Below are positions 39,801-51,800 of a stretch of DNA of 64,000 nt, in pieces. The stretch is from Mobula hypostoma (taxonomy: Eukaryota): NCBI RefSeq assembly GCF_963921235.1, contig NC_086108.1:81842001-81906000 (forward strand), written 5' to 3'. Positions within the stretch are counted from its first letter, which is position 1. Every line of letters begins with the position of its first letter. The notes under the pieces were generated by a model, which saw nothing but the letters and a program-made list of their open reading frames with translations, was not told the DNA's origin and did no database searches. The translations under genes were made by a program, and so were the position numbers.

Positions 39801-42800
39801 GAAGGGGAAAGTTATGATGTCATCATAGCTCAGGCAAACCCTGGCTCTCTACTTGAAGGCACATAAAGTGGGGCAGCAATATCTCTATTGAGCTGTGGGC
39901 TAGAGAAATGCGGTCAAGACCATTCAAAAGGGTAGTTTCAAATCTTTATTCTGTTGAATTCCATACCCTAATTCACAGGAATTGCTTCACTGCGTGATTA
40001 GAGTATGGGAATCACACCAGCTAACACTACTGCAGTAATGAATGGCATAATGTGAACACTGGGCCCGGAAATAACAGTTCCTTCAGTCCAGATTTCTCAT
40101 GATATGACAAATACAGAAGTATCACATTGCTTTTCAACAACCATAATGAGCTTTGAACAAAATCGAAGAAAACAGTGGGTTAGCAAGAGAAGAAGTGATT
40201 ATGTGATCATTGTAATCAATTATAAAACATTGAAATATAAGTAACGCACACAAAAAATGCTGGTGAATGCAACAGGCCAACCAGCATCTATAGGAAGAGG
40301 TACAGTTGACGTTTTGGGCCGAGATCCTTCGTCAGGACTAACTGAAAGAAGAGATCGAGTTAGCCCTGACAAAGGGTCTCGGCCTGAAACGTCGACTGTA
40401 CCTCTTCCAATAGATGCTGCCTAGCCTGCTGCGTTCTCCAGCACTTTTTGTGTGTGTTGCTTGAATTTCCAGCATCTGCAGATTTCCTCGGGTTTGAGGT
40501 ATAAGTAATACAGCTTGTGTGTATAAGTAATTAATTTCTTAAATTAAGCCTGTAATCCCTCAGCTGCCACCCTTGCTACCAAGCGCTCTTCCCACCATCC
40601 TATCTTTATTACCCACTTAGAAATTCCCAGCACCCCAGGAGGAGGTGTAATATTGTCCACTGATTTAGATCCAATGATAATGAAAGACTAATGCTAGAGA
40701 AAAGTCAGGACAGTATGCAACTTACAGAAGAGCCTGTAGGCGGTGCTGTTTCCTTGCACTTGCTATCTCTTTACTTTCTAGTTATACAGGTCATGGGTTT
40801 CCAAGATGCTTTTGAAGTAGCCTATTGCATTGTATTTTGAAGATGGTACTTACTGCAGCCCTGTGCAGAGAATGCATGTTTAGAATGGCTGATGGGTGCC
40901 AGTCAAGCATGTTGCTTTGTCTTGCTTGTCCTTCACCTTCCTGAGAATTGGAATCGATCTCATTCAGACAAATGGAAAGTATTGTCCTAGTAAAAGTAGA
41001 AGAGCATTGGCATGTCGAGAGGTGATTCACTCAAGTTTTTCTCTTGCTCTGAAAGCTGTGATATTTTGTGGTTGGTTCAGTTGTGTTTCTGTTTGATGAC
41101 TGCTGAGATATACTGATAAGTACATATACGGAGGCTGCTTAGCCCATCAACTGCACATTGGTTCTCGGGAACAATGACATTAGATTTATTCTATATTTCC
41201 TAATTGCATATACCACTGCAATTTGTTCTTTCACGTACGCTCTGCTTTTATTTTCTTTGCCATTAATCTATACTAAAGGGTCATTTGTAGTAGCAAAATA
41301 ACCTATCAAATGTACTTGCGATGTGGGAGAAAATCAGAGCACCTAGGGGAAGTCCACATGGTCACAATAAGAGTGTACAGACTCAGCACAGCCAGCACCC
41401 AAGGTCAGAATCAAAGTCACTTCGCTTAAACTGTGAGGCATCAGTGTTAATGCTGCACCATAGCTCTACGTTAGGTAATGAGAGACTTGATGAAATTAGT
41501 GTCATTGAATACACTTGAGATTTACATATATTTTAGTAAATCTTTTTATTTGAAATAAACACTCAACCTTTCATCTATCTCTGAGCAACTGCTAACTAAG
41601 TATATATTTTCTCTTCCCCTGTAGATATGAGCGTGAAGAAGCATTCATGGCACTGAACCTGGGGGTAACATCATGCCAAAGCCTGGAAATATCACTGGAT
41701 CAGTTTGTAAGAGGCGAGGTGCTTGAAGGAGGCAATGCATACTACTGTGAGAAATGTAAAGAAAAGGTGAGATATTGAAATGCTTAAAGCTGAAGTATAT
41801 GGAAACACTGAATGAAACTGTTCAAATTGAATAGAGGTTAATGAGGCCTTTAAAAACAAATTACCTTTATGAGGATGCATAGTGTTATCCAGACATACAG
41901 AACATTGCAACAAAATTGTTTCCTGATTCTCTGGATATAAACAAAACTATGAAGTTCAATGTCCATTTTGAAATCTGATGGCAAAGGAGAAGAAGCTTTA
42001 CCTGAATTGATAAGTATGCCTCAGCGATTTAAATGTTTGTTTAAAGCTCTTTCCCAAATACTTGGGTTCTTCCACCTCTCAAAATAGTAGGAACATTAAA
42101 CTGTTAGAAGGCAGAAGTGTATCGTTTGACCTTGCATTCCAGTCAGAACTGTTGTCAGTGCATTATTTTACTTGCATTGGCCCACATTATTCAATGTATT
42201 AATGGCACAAGCTTTTCAAGCTATTCTTTATAATGAGTCAGAAAAATAAACACATTAAATTCTGCAGATGCTGGAAATTTAATGTGTCACAATTTACTGG
42301 AATCCATTTGATTTAAAAATGAAGTACAGAACAAATTAGAATACTGAAAATGGTCCTAGAGTACTATAAAAGTGTGCTTTAGTTCCGAATAGTTATCAAT
42401 GGAGGAATTCATCCCGTGTACACTGCTCTGTATGGGGTGCCTAGGGAAGGGTTGAACATCTGGTAAAGTGGCATATTGTGTTCGTTCTCAGGCAGCGCAC
42501 TCAATTTTGGTCCCAATCAGACACTCAGTTCTTACCTGTGGCTCCAAATAGCTGTTTGTATGCAACAGCAACCACGCCCTGGTAGATTGCTTCAAAACCT
42601 GGGCTAAGCCAGGTGAGTTTAGCGGCGGGCTTTACACACCGATGAAATGGGAATATACCATAGGATGTGAAGTCAACTCCAGCAGTCTGGGCAGATAAGA
42701 TCAACAGTGAGCTCCATTAGCCAAGAAGGCAGTTCTGCAAATACTTCAGGGAGAGTGAAGACATGATAAAGCACAGAAGAAGTCATAGTTATTCACTGTA

Positions 42801-45800
42801 ACCAAGGAAGACTACAGTTTATGACATCTATTTGTATCACTGGAACTGGACTTCTGAGGTCAAAAGGGTGGAACTGTCCCAGTGCAACAGTTTTGCCCAT
42901 TCTAAAACTCAGGTTTTAGAAGAGTGAAACTCAATACAGGTTTCACTGTCATCGTCAGATACAACAAGCAACCAACACATTGCCATGTTCTTTTGTTTAA
43001 CTGTAAATGAGCAAAATTAAAGCAGACACCTAGTGCAAATAATGGACTGCCTTCATACAATGCTTTCGATGATTGCATTCTCCAAATCTTCATTTTCATT
43101 GTAATATTCGAGATGATTATTAACACCTTCAAATTCTTCTTAGTTTCTAACTTGTTGAAGTAGTCAAATTGTTTCATTTTCACTCTGGGCTGTTTCTGGC
43201 ACCTCCAGTCCTCAAAATGCTTGAAACCACAGTGAGCAAAACAGTTCTAAATTGTCTTACTGCTTATTTTTCCCCAACTATCAGTAACAAAAATCACTGC
43301 TTTTTGAACACAAATGCACACAAATAATGCTGTTTAAGAATTGCTTGCTCTAAGCACAGTTTAGTATCTAACAGTTAGAAAGATAGAAAATAGGTGCAGG
43401 AGTAGGCCATTCGGCCCTTCGAGCCTGCACCACCATTCAGTATGATCATGGCTGATCATCCAACTCAGAACCCTGTACAGTTACACGAGTTCACGTGACT
43501 AAAGCTAGTTAGAAACTGGTGACATTCTTCTATGCCAATTAAGCGGTATAGTGTTCCAAATAAACAACGGGAATCATGACTATTTTCTTGTTTTTTTTTT
43601 AAGGGTTGTTCCCATAAGCAGCTGCTCCAATTAACCAAAATTCTCTGTATTCAAAAGTAGCCAACTGCAATCTTGCTGAGTTTCATGGACGAAAGTTCTA
43701 TTGTTTTTGGACAATTTCAGTGAGAGTGTTTCAGCAGCAGATCTGCATTACACACAATTCTGATTTACTTTTGTTCATTGATACATATTGCATTTTAATT
43801 GAGTTTTGTATCTCAATCACCATGTTTTCAGTCATTTATTCCTTCAGCTGTCTGCCTTTGAAAATCATGTCTATTGTCATCTTTAGACTGGACTGTCTTG
43901 CAGAAATGTACATTTTCAGTCCTTCATGACCTTGAATTCATCTAACATGTCTGCTTCTCATTTACTTGCCTATTCCACATTTTGTTCACCATTCACTTCA
44001 TCACCCCCCTTTTGTGTCCAGACCATCAGTACCTTCATTAAAATAATTTTCATCTCTTCATAGCCTCACCTTTGCCTCTGTTCTAAATCCTCCCTTTCCA
44101 GCTACAGTTTTCTGTGTATTTCTCTTTTCCTGCATTGATACCAATGTCCTCATCCATTTTTCTATCCTACAATCTGTAAATGTTCTATGAAGGAAAAGAG
44201 TTCCAGAAGGGTATTAATGCATTTTGGAAAAGACCTTATCAAGTTTCCAGTGGTTTGTTTCAACCTGTTTTTAACTTTTAAATCTGATTAAGTCTACTTG
44301 CAGAATTGTGGAATGTTTTTGGAATTATTCCTAAACACTTGTGTTCCATCTTCCAGAGGACAACAGTGAAGCGGATGTGCATCAAGTCTCTACCAAGTGT
44401 GTTAGTGATCCATTTAATGAGATTTGGGTTTGACTGGGAGAGTGGACGTTCTATCAAGTACGATGAACAAATACGGGTAAATATGCAATCAACACATGGT
44501 GCTAATTCTTTAAGTTGGTGGTGATTATGAGCTTTCAAACATTTTTAAAGTTTTTTAATTGAATTATAATAAAATTCCTGTTTCTTAATGCCATGAACAT
44601 CCAGAAATGGTCAAACTTCTTTACAAATTCACATAAGAAATAAAATTAGAATTAACCTTAGGATGAGGAATCTTATTGCTATTTTTAATGGCCAACTCCT
44701 TATTCTAAGATTGTGACACCCGCCCAACTCACTCCCTATATTTAGTTCCATGCTCAACATTTCTTTCCTTGTGTGTTCAATCATCTGCAGCTGTCTGTTG
44801 TGGCTACCTATCATCTCCCAGGATCCACTCATCCCTCTTTCATCTCCCAATCACCACTCCTCACCTGGATCTGGGTATTACTTGCCAGCTCTTACCCCAC
44901 CTGCTCTTCATCTCGTTGTATAGACTTCCTGTCCTCCCCCACCCCCCACCTCAAGTCTTCCATTCCAAGTGAAGGGTCTCAACCCAAAACATTAACTGTC
45001 CATTTCCCTCCACAGATGCTGCCTGACCCAGAGTTCCTCAAGCAGTTTGCTGTTTTTTATTTTAAAATCACAATGTAAATTTTATTCCTTTTCCATCTGT
45101 CAAGACCATCAGTGGAAAGTAAGGGTGGCTCACTACTGGCTGTCAGTTCTGATTCAATATGACTCACTTGGAAATATGTTTCCATTGTTTTGTGCTGCTA
45201 AACCACAAGATTTTAACTGCAGTATTTACAACTTGCACCAGTGTGATTATCCAATCTTTAATTCTGTTTGTTTTCTCCTAGTTTCCTTGGCTTCTTAACA
45301 TGGAGCCCTATACCGTGTCTGGAATGGCACGTCAAGAGCACTCTTCTGAACATGGTGAAAACGGCAAAGCAGGTGATCACGTGGGAGGCGGCTCTCCAAG
45401 AAAAAAAGGTGCCCCAACTGAAAACTATGAGCTGGTTGGAGTGATTGTTCATAGTGGCCAGGCACATGCTGGACATTATTACTCATTCATCAAGGACAGG
45501 AGGTGGGTGAAAATGAGTTGAAGTTATTTTTATTTAAGTCAGGTCAATTTACACTAGATGGTAAATCAATAATATAAAAATGAACATTGAGGGCTTACAG
45601 CATTGGAACTATAAGTAGTGTGGTGTATGTAGCTTTGGTTCTGGGCTCACTTTGAACTTTTTTGACTCCACAGGGCTGGTGGCAAAGGGAAATGGTACAA
45701 ATTCAATGATACAGTGGTAGAAGAGTTCGATCTAAATGATGAGACGTTGGAATTTGAATGTTTTGGTGGCGAGTACAGACCTAAAGTTTACGATCAGTGT

Positions 45801-48800
45801 GAGTTGCAATGGAACTACTATAATTGAGTGTGCTTATCTCTTACAGTATGGGCAGTTGTGCCCCAGGGACTTTCTTCCATGCTGCAAGATTCTAAGATTT
45901 TGATTCTTATAAACTAACATTTCTGCTGAATGGAAGCAATGATCGAAAGACCAAGTAGGAAAGAAACATAAAATCTAATCTTTGGCCAGTTTATCACTGA
46001 AGGGCAGATTATGAGAAGTACAAAGCATAGAAGCAAGTTTGTTTTGGCATATTGTTAAATATTCAAAAATGTTAGCAAGGTGGAGAGAGGTTAGCATTGC
46101 ACTACTGGTGTCAACGTCCAAAGCATGTTCAAGTCACGTAAATGAACTGAACAAAAGGTCATATTGGAATCCTTGGAATAAAGGGCTTTTTTTGGGGGGG
46201 ACAGCTGAACTGAACATAAAGCTGTAAATCAGGCAAGAACTATCAATGTCAAAATCATTCTTCTCGTAGTCGGTAGAATTAATCATTTGATCATAGACTG
46301 TAGCAGTGGACTTTCAGTTATAGTCATAATCAGTTCCCAGCCCATTTCCCTGGCTAATCAAGATCCCCTTTTAATCTACGATAACCTTCTTCATCATCAG
46401 CAACACATAATCTCATATCATTTGCATCCAAATCATTTATATAAATAATGAATAACAAGTGTCCCATCACTGACCCCTGAGGTATACCACTATTCCAGCC
46501 TCCATTCCAAGCAACAGCCTTCAATCACCACCTTCAGCTTCCTACCTCCAATTTTGAATCCACCTAACTAGTTCTCCTTGGATTTTATGGGACTTCACTT
46601 TTCAGATGAACATACAATTCAACACCATGTTGAAGGCCTTGCAAAAGTCCACATGAATGGACTTTAACTAGCAATTGCAACTTTGCTGAATGGCAAGCCA
46701 GGGAAATATTAGTAGTCCAGTCTCCTACCTTAACGTCAACATTAGTCTCTGTGTAAAATATAGAAGCATAGGTTTCCCTCTGCAGTCTGTTAGTTAACCA
46801 AGAAAATAGTTTTGTTTAAGAAAAGAATGGACACAATAATTACCAGGACATCAAAGCTTCCAAACAAAGCCGAACTGGTAAGTGGGAGGTACCTCCCAGT
46901 TATTGGAGTCATTGTTGTGCTTGTTAGTGACTAGTCATTTCATTTCCAGAATATTATTTTAGCAGGTCTCAGGACTCAGCTGGTCAATTTCCATCTCCAT
47001 CATGCCATCAAAGGTGGAATAGTTTGATGATTGCTAAGGTTTCAGTTTTATGAAGTTGTCAATTCTTCACGTGTTAAAATCAAGGCAGCAACATATCTGG
47101 AAATGCGAGACTGCAGTTGCTGTAATCTGGTACAAAAAGGCAAACTGTTGGAGGAACTCAGCAGGTACTGATATGAATTCTCAACCCAAAACATTAACAA
47201 TCCCACTGCCTCCACAGATGCTACCTGATCCACTGTGTTCCTCCCAAAATTTTGGGTTTTTCGCTCTAACAAAAACAAAAATATTGGGTTGATAAGCGGC
47301 TATGTGCAAAGCACCTGTATTGAGGTTCTTGATACTTACTCACAGCTGGATCAAAATAGCTGGGAATAATTCTGACACTGCCACCAGATGGCAGCCAGCC
47401 AGGTTGCTCTTTGTTTTAAGTGTTTTGTTAATAGATTTTTGCTGTTTGTATTTTCTATAAATACTTAATTCGGTAGAGTAAATGAGTTTAAGTTTAACAA
47501 TGTGGCTTCAGCAGGGATTTATCGTTTTTGTCACTGTCGGGATACTTTTTTTTGTCATGCCAGTCTGTCCTAGCAGAAGTGGCAGGTGGATCTATTGTTT
47601 ACTCCAGGGATCAGCCGCAGAGTCTATGACAGTGTGCTTTGGCCACCTAGAGACCTGAAATTCCCAAGGAGCTGAAGGGGAGATCTAGGTGACATAGGGC
47701 TGGAAGAAGACAATGGACAAGGAAGTGGAGATACAAGCCATATCTTCCCTCCATTATCATGGGAAACGCTCGGTAACAAGGTGGATGAGCTAACATCACT
47801 AGTGAGGAATAAGAGGGTGTTCTGTGAGAACTGTGTTATGTGCTACACTGAGACATGGCTGCATGGGGATATTCCAGACTCTAATGAAAATCTAGATGGC
47901 TTTCAGTGTGTGCGGGCAAACAGAAGTTGCAACAAAGATTCTGTATTGATGACCAAAAAGATTAGAAATAAAATAGAGCACAGGTAAAGCATGTGGTAGT
48001 TCTAAACTGATTGCAGAAAGTTTTTTTTTAATAAAGGAAATGAGAGGCAAATACCACAAGAATTGACTGGCTGCAAACATAAAATGGAATCCAGCGTTTT
48101 TCTATAGACATGGGAACAAGGTGGGTTGTGAGAGGTGTTGTGGGACTAGTTAAAAGACCAAAAAGGAAATGGCCGAGGTTGCTTGGTGAAAACCTTATAT
48201 CAGTGTTCCGAAGGAAGATGATGTGGAAAGTGCATTTGAGGTTCTGGGTATGCTAAGTAGTTGGTACTCTAAAGGGTAGCTAGACATTGTGGATTAATCA
48301 CGTGATCCAATTGCAGTGCAACTGAGGTTTGTTCAGGAAAGTGAGGAAAGGAATCAGATAAAACCCTGTTCTTAATCGTCAAACATCTGTAGAATCAGTG
48401 ATGTGGCCAGGCTGCTTCATGCTGACAATGATGTGCAGAAGAGCATCTCGGAACGCACAACACATCAAACCTTGAAGTGGATGGGCTACAGCAGCTGAAG
48501 ACCACACTAGGTTCCACTGCTGTACCCAATAAAGTGTCCAGTGAGCGCATACATACAGCATGGTGGAATGGGTGGGTATAAAACAATGTTGAGAAATGTA
48601 AAGTGATTCATTTTGATGAGAATGAAGAGAAGAGGGAAAATGGATCAGCCATGATGAAATGGCGGAGCAGACCTGATGGGCCGAATGGCCTAATTCTGCT
48701 CCTATATCTTATGTTCTTATGGAAAATGGCAAGAAGAAAGGAGTGTCTCGCGGTTTTCATAAACAACAGATAGTGCGACCCTGGACACGTCACGGTGAAG

Positions 48801-51800
48801 GAGCATGTATGCAGCCCAGGCATTGAACTTTTAACCATAAGTCTCCATCCATATTATTTGCCCAGAGAGTTTTCCCACGCCAATGTCCGCAGGTCTACGT
48901 CCCTCTGTCAGCTAATGCCATTATCTTCCTGCTTCAACGGGCTTACACCCATCTCGATGAGCCAGGCAGCACTGTGAGAATCATATTCTTTGATTTCTCC
49001 AGTGCTTTTAACACCATACGACCTGCTTTATTAGGGAGTAAGCTCACAGAGATGTGGGTGGATGCTTCACTAGTGTCCTGGATTATAGACGGCCACAGTA
49101 TGTGAGGTTTCAGAGCTGTGTATCAGATACTGTGGTTAGTAGCACAAGGGCACCTCAGGGACTGTCCTGTTCACTGTCTACATCTCGGACTTCAGATACA
49201 ACTCGGAGTCCTGCCACCTACAGGAGTTTTCGGACGATTTGGTAGTTGTGGTCTGTATCAAGGTCAAGAGGCTGAGTACAGAAGAGTGGTGGACAACCTT
49301 GTTGAGTGGCGTGGGCAGAATCACCTGCAGCTCAACATCACTAAGACAAAGGAGTTGGTGGTGGACTTAAGGAAGGTGAAAATGCCCTGCATACCCATTT
49401 CCATCAAGGGAACGGATGTGGAAGTTGTCCGTGACTACAAATACCCAGAAAGTCACCTGGACAATAAACAGGACTGGACTGAAAATACAGGGGCTCTGTT
49501 TGAGAAAGGACAGAGCTAACTGTACTTCCTGAGGAGGGTCCAGTCATTCCATGTCTGCAGTACTATCCTGCAGATGTTCTATGACTCAGTTTTGGCCAGC
49601 ACTCTATTCTACGCTGTAGTCTGCTGGGGCAGCAGGGTGAGAGCAGTTGATGCCAAGAAGATCGACAAGCTCATCAGGAAGGCTGGTTCTGTTCTGGTGA
49701 TGGAGCTGGACTGTCTGAGAGGAGGATGCTGCAGAAGCTACGGAGCATTATGGACAATCCCTTTCACCCCCTCCATGACATTCTGGACAAACAGAGGAGT
49801 GCCGTTAGTAAGAGACTGATTCCACTGAGTTACACCACTGAACACTACAGGAGATCCTTTCTCCCTATGGCTATAAGACTCAACAACTCCTCCTTAAGTT
49901 TGTAAGTGTATGGTTTCATGTCTGTATTTTGCACTATTACTTTTTAATGCGCATTTTGTGGGGTTTTTTGTACCTCAATGTTTACATTTTGTATTTTAAA
50001 GTATATATTTTTGACAGCAATCTTGCAACAATAATTTCCTCTGGGATAAATAAAGTTTTATCTCATCTTTTCTTAACTCACACGATCTTTCAATTATCAG
50101 CATTATAAAAGCAGCCTCTCCACTTGGCTCGTGGGGGGTATCAAATCATTCGTGACAGTACAATAACTAGGAAGCAGCGACAAATTCCAACTTTGCCTGT
50201 GGTGATGCATCTCATAGAATTAAAAAGTCCTAAAGTGACTGAAGCCAGTTATGGACTTAAGTTATTGAATACAGAACTCAAAAGAAAATATTAATACCTC
50301 AGTCATTAAGAAAAATCCATTGTAATTATTTTAGATTGCAGTTTTAAACAAAAATTAAATTATGGTAACAGCTGTTTGTGAAGGTTATATTTTAGAGATG
50401 TTTCTTTTCCTTTCGTAGCAAACCCTTATCCTGAAGTCCGTCGCAGGTATTGGAATGCCTACATGTTATTTTACCAGCGAATGTTAGACCAGAATTCTCC
50501 AGTTTTACCAAAGAAAAGTCGAGTTAGTGTTGTTCGACAAGAAGCGGAGGATTTATCTTTGTAAGTACCGTAATCAGCACTCCTCAAATTTGTGGCCTTG
50601 TTCATATTCCTTCTGTAACTACCAAATCACGACTGAGCTTTGTCAGTTCAGTGTTTTACCCTCTTATTTCTCAAAGGTTACCCATACCAATAACTCAACT
50701 GAGCATTCTTTATGAATTAAACTGTTTTAACCATAAAACCATAGAAACTACAGCACAGAAACAGGCCTTTTGGCCCTTTTTGGCTGTGCCGAACCATTTT
50801 CTGCCTAGTCCCACTGACCTGCACATGGTCCATATCCCTCCATACACCTCCCATCCATGTATCTGTCCAATTTATTCTTAAATGTTAAAAAAGAACCCGC
50901 ATTTACCACCTCGTCTGGCAGCTCATTCCATACTCCCACCACTCTCTGTGTGAAGAAGCCCCCCCTAATGTTCCCTTTAAACTTTTCCCCCCTCACCTTT
51001 AACCCATGTCCTCTGGTTTTTTTCTCCCCTTGCCTCAGTGGAAAAAGCCTGCTTGCATTCACTCTATCAATACCCATCATAATTTTATATACCTCTAACA
51101 AATCTCCCCTCATTCTTCTACGCTCCAGGGAATAAAGTCCTAACCTATTCAACCTTTCTCTGTAACTGAGTTTCTCAAGTCCCGGCAACATCCTTGTAAA
51201 CCTTCTCTGCACTCTTTCAACCTTATTTATATCCTTCCTGTAATTTGGTGACCAATACTGAACACAATGCTCCAGATTTGGCCTCACCAATGCCTTATAC
51301 AACCTCATCATAACATTCCAGCTCTTATACTCAATACTTTGATTAATAAAGGCCAATGTACCAAAAGCTCTCTTCACGACCCTATCTACCTGTGACGCCA
51401 CTTTTAGGGAATTTTGTATCTGTATTCCCAGATCCCTCTGTTCCACTGCACTCCTCAGTGCCTTACCATTAACCCTGTATGTTCTACCTTGGTTTGTCCT
51501 TCCAACATGCAATACCTCACACTTGTCTGTATTAAACTCCATCTGCCATTTTTCAGCCCATTTTTGCAGCTGGTCCAAGTCCCTCTGCAGGCTCTGAAAA
51601 CCTTCCTCACTGTCTACTACACCTCCAATCTTTGTATCATCAGCAAATTTGCTGATCCAGTTTACCACATTATCATCCAGATCATTGATATAGATGACAA
51701 ATATCAATGGACCCAGCACTGATCCCTGTGGCACACCACTAGTCACAGGCCTCCACTCAGAGAAGCAATTCTCTACTACCACTCTTTGGCTTCTTCCATT

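Larger units (their letters stand above)
40243..40499. mobile_element. Penelope-like element reduced to inverted pseudo-LTRs (hairpin)
   Basis: ~100 bp arms 40243-40343 and 40358-40458; right arm matches the PLE 3' end at 61446-61535; tataagtaa on both flanks. Confidence 0.8.
35757..40662 (-). mobile_element. Degenerate full-length hAT (Buster/Charlie-type) transposon with nested CR1 and Penelope hairpin
   Basis: Transposase remnants: BED-like PMCLLCEK (~39620), [17 protein letters not shown]-terminal STSYLAE...DLRL...HPSH; end (t)agtggttcccaaac; other end ...ccactg then atttagat. Confidence 0.8.

Noticed and set aside
26575..45502. Alternative identity as USP9X or USP34
   Set aside because: Segments such as [31 protein letters not shown] and [15 protein letters not shown] match my recollection of USP24 specifically.
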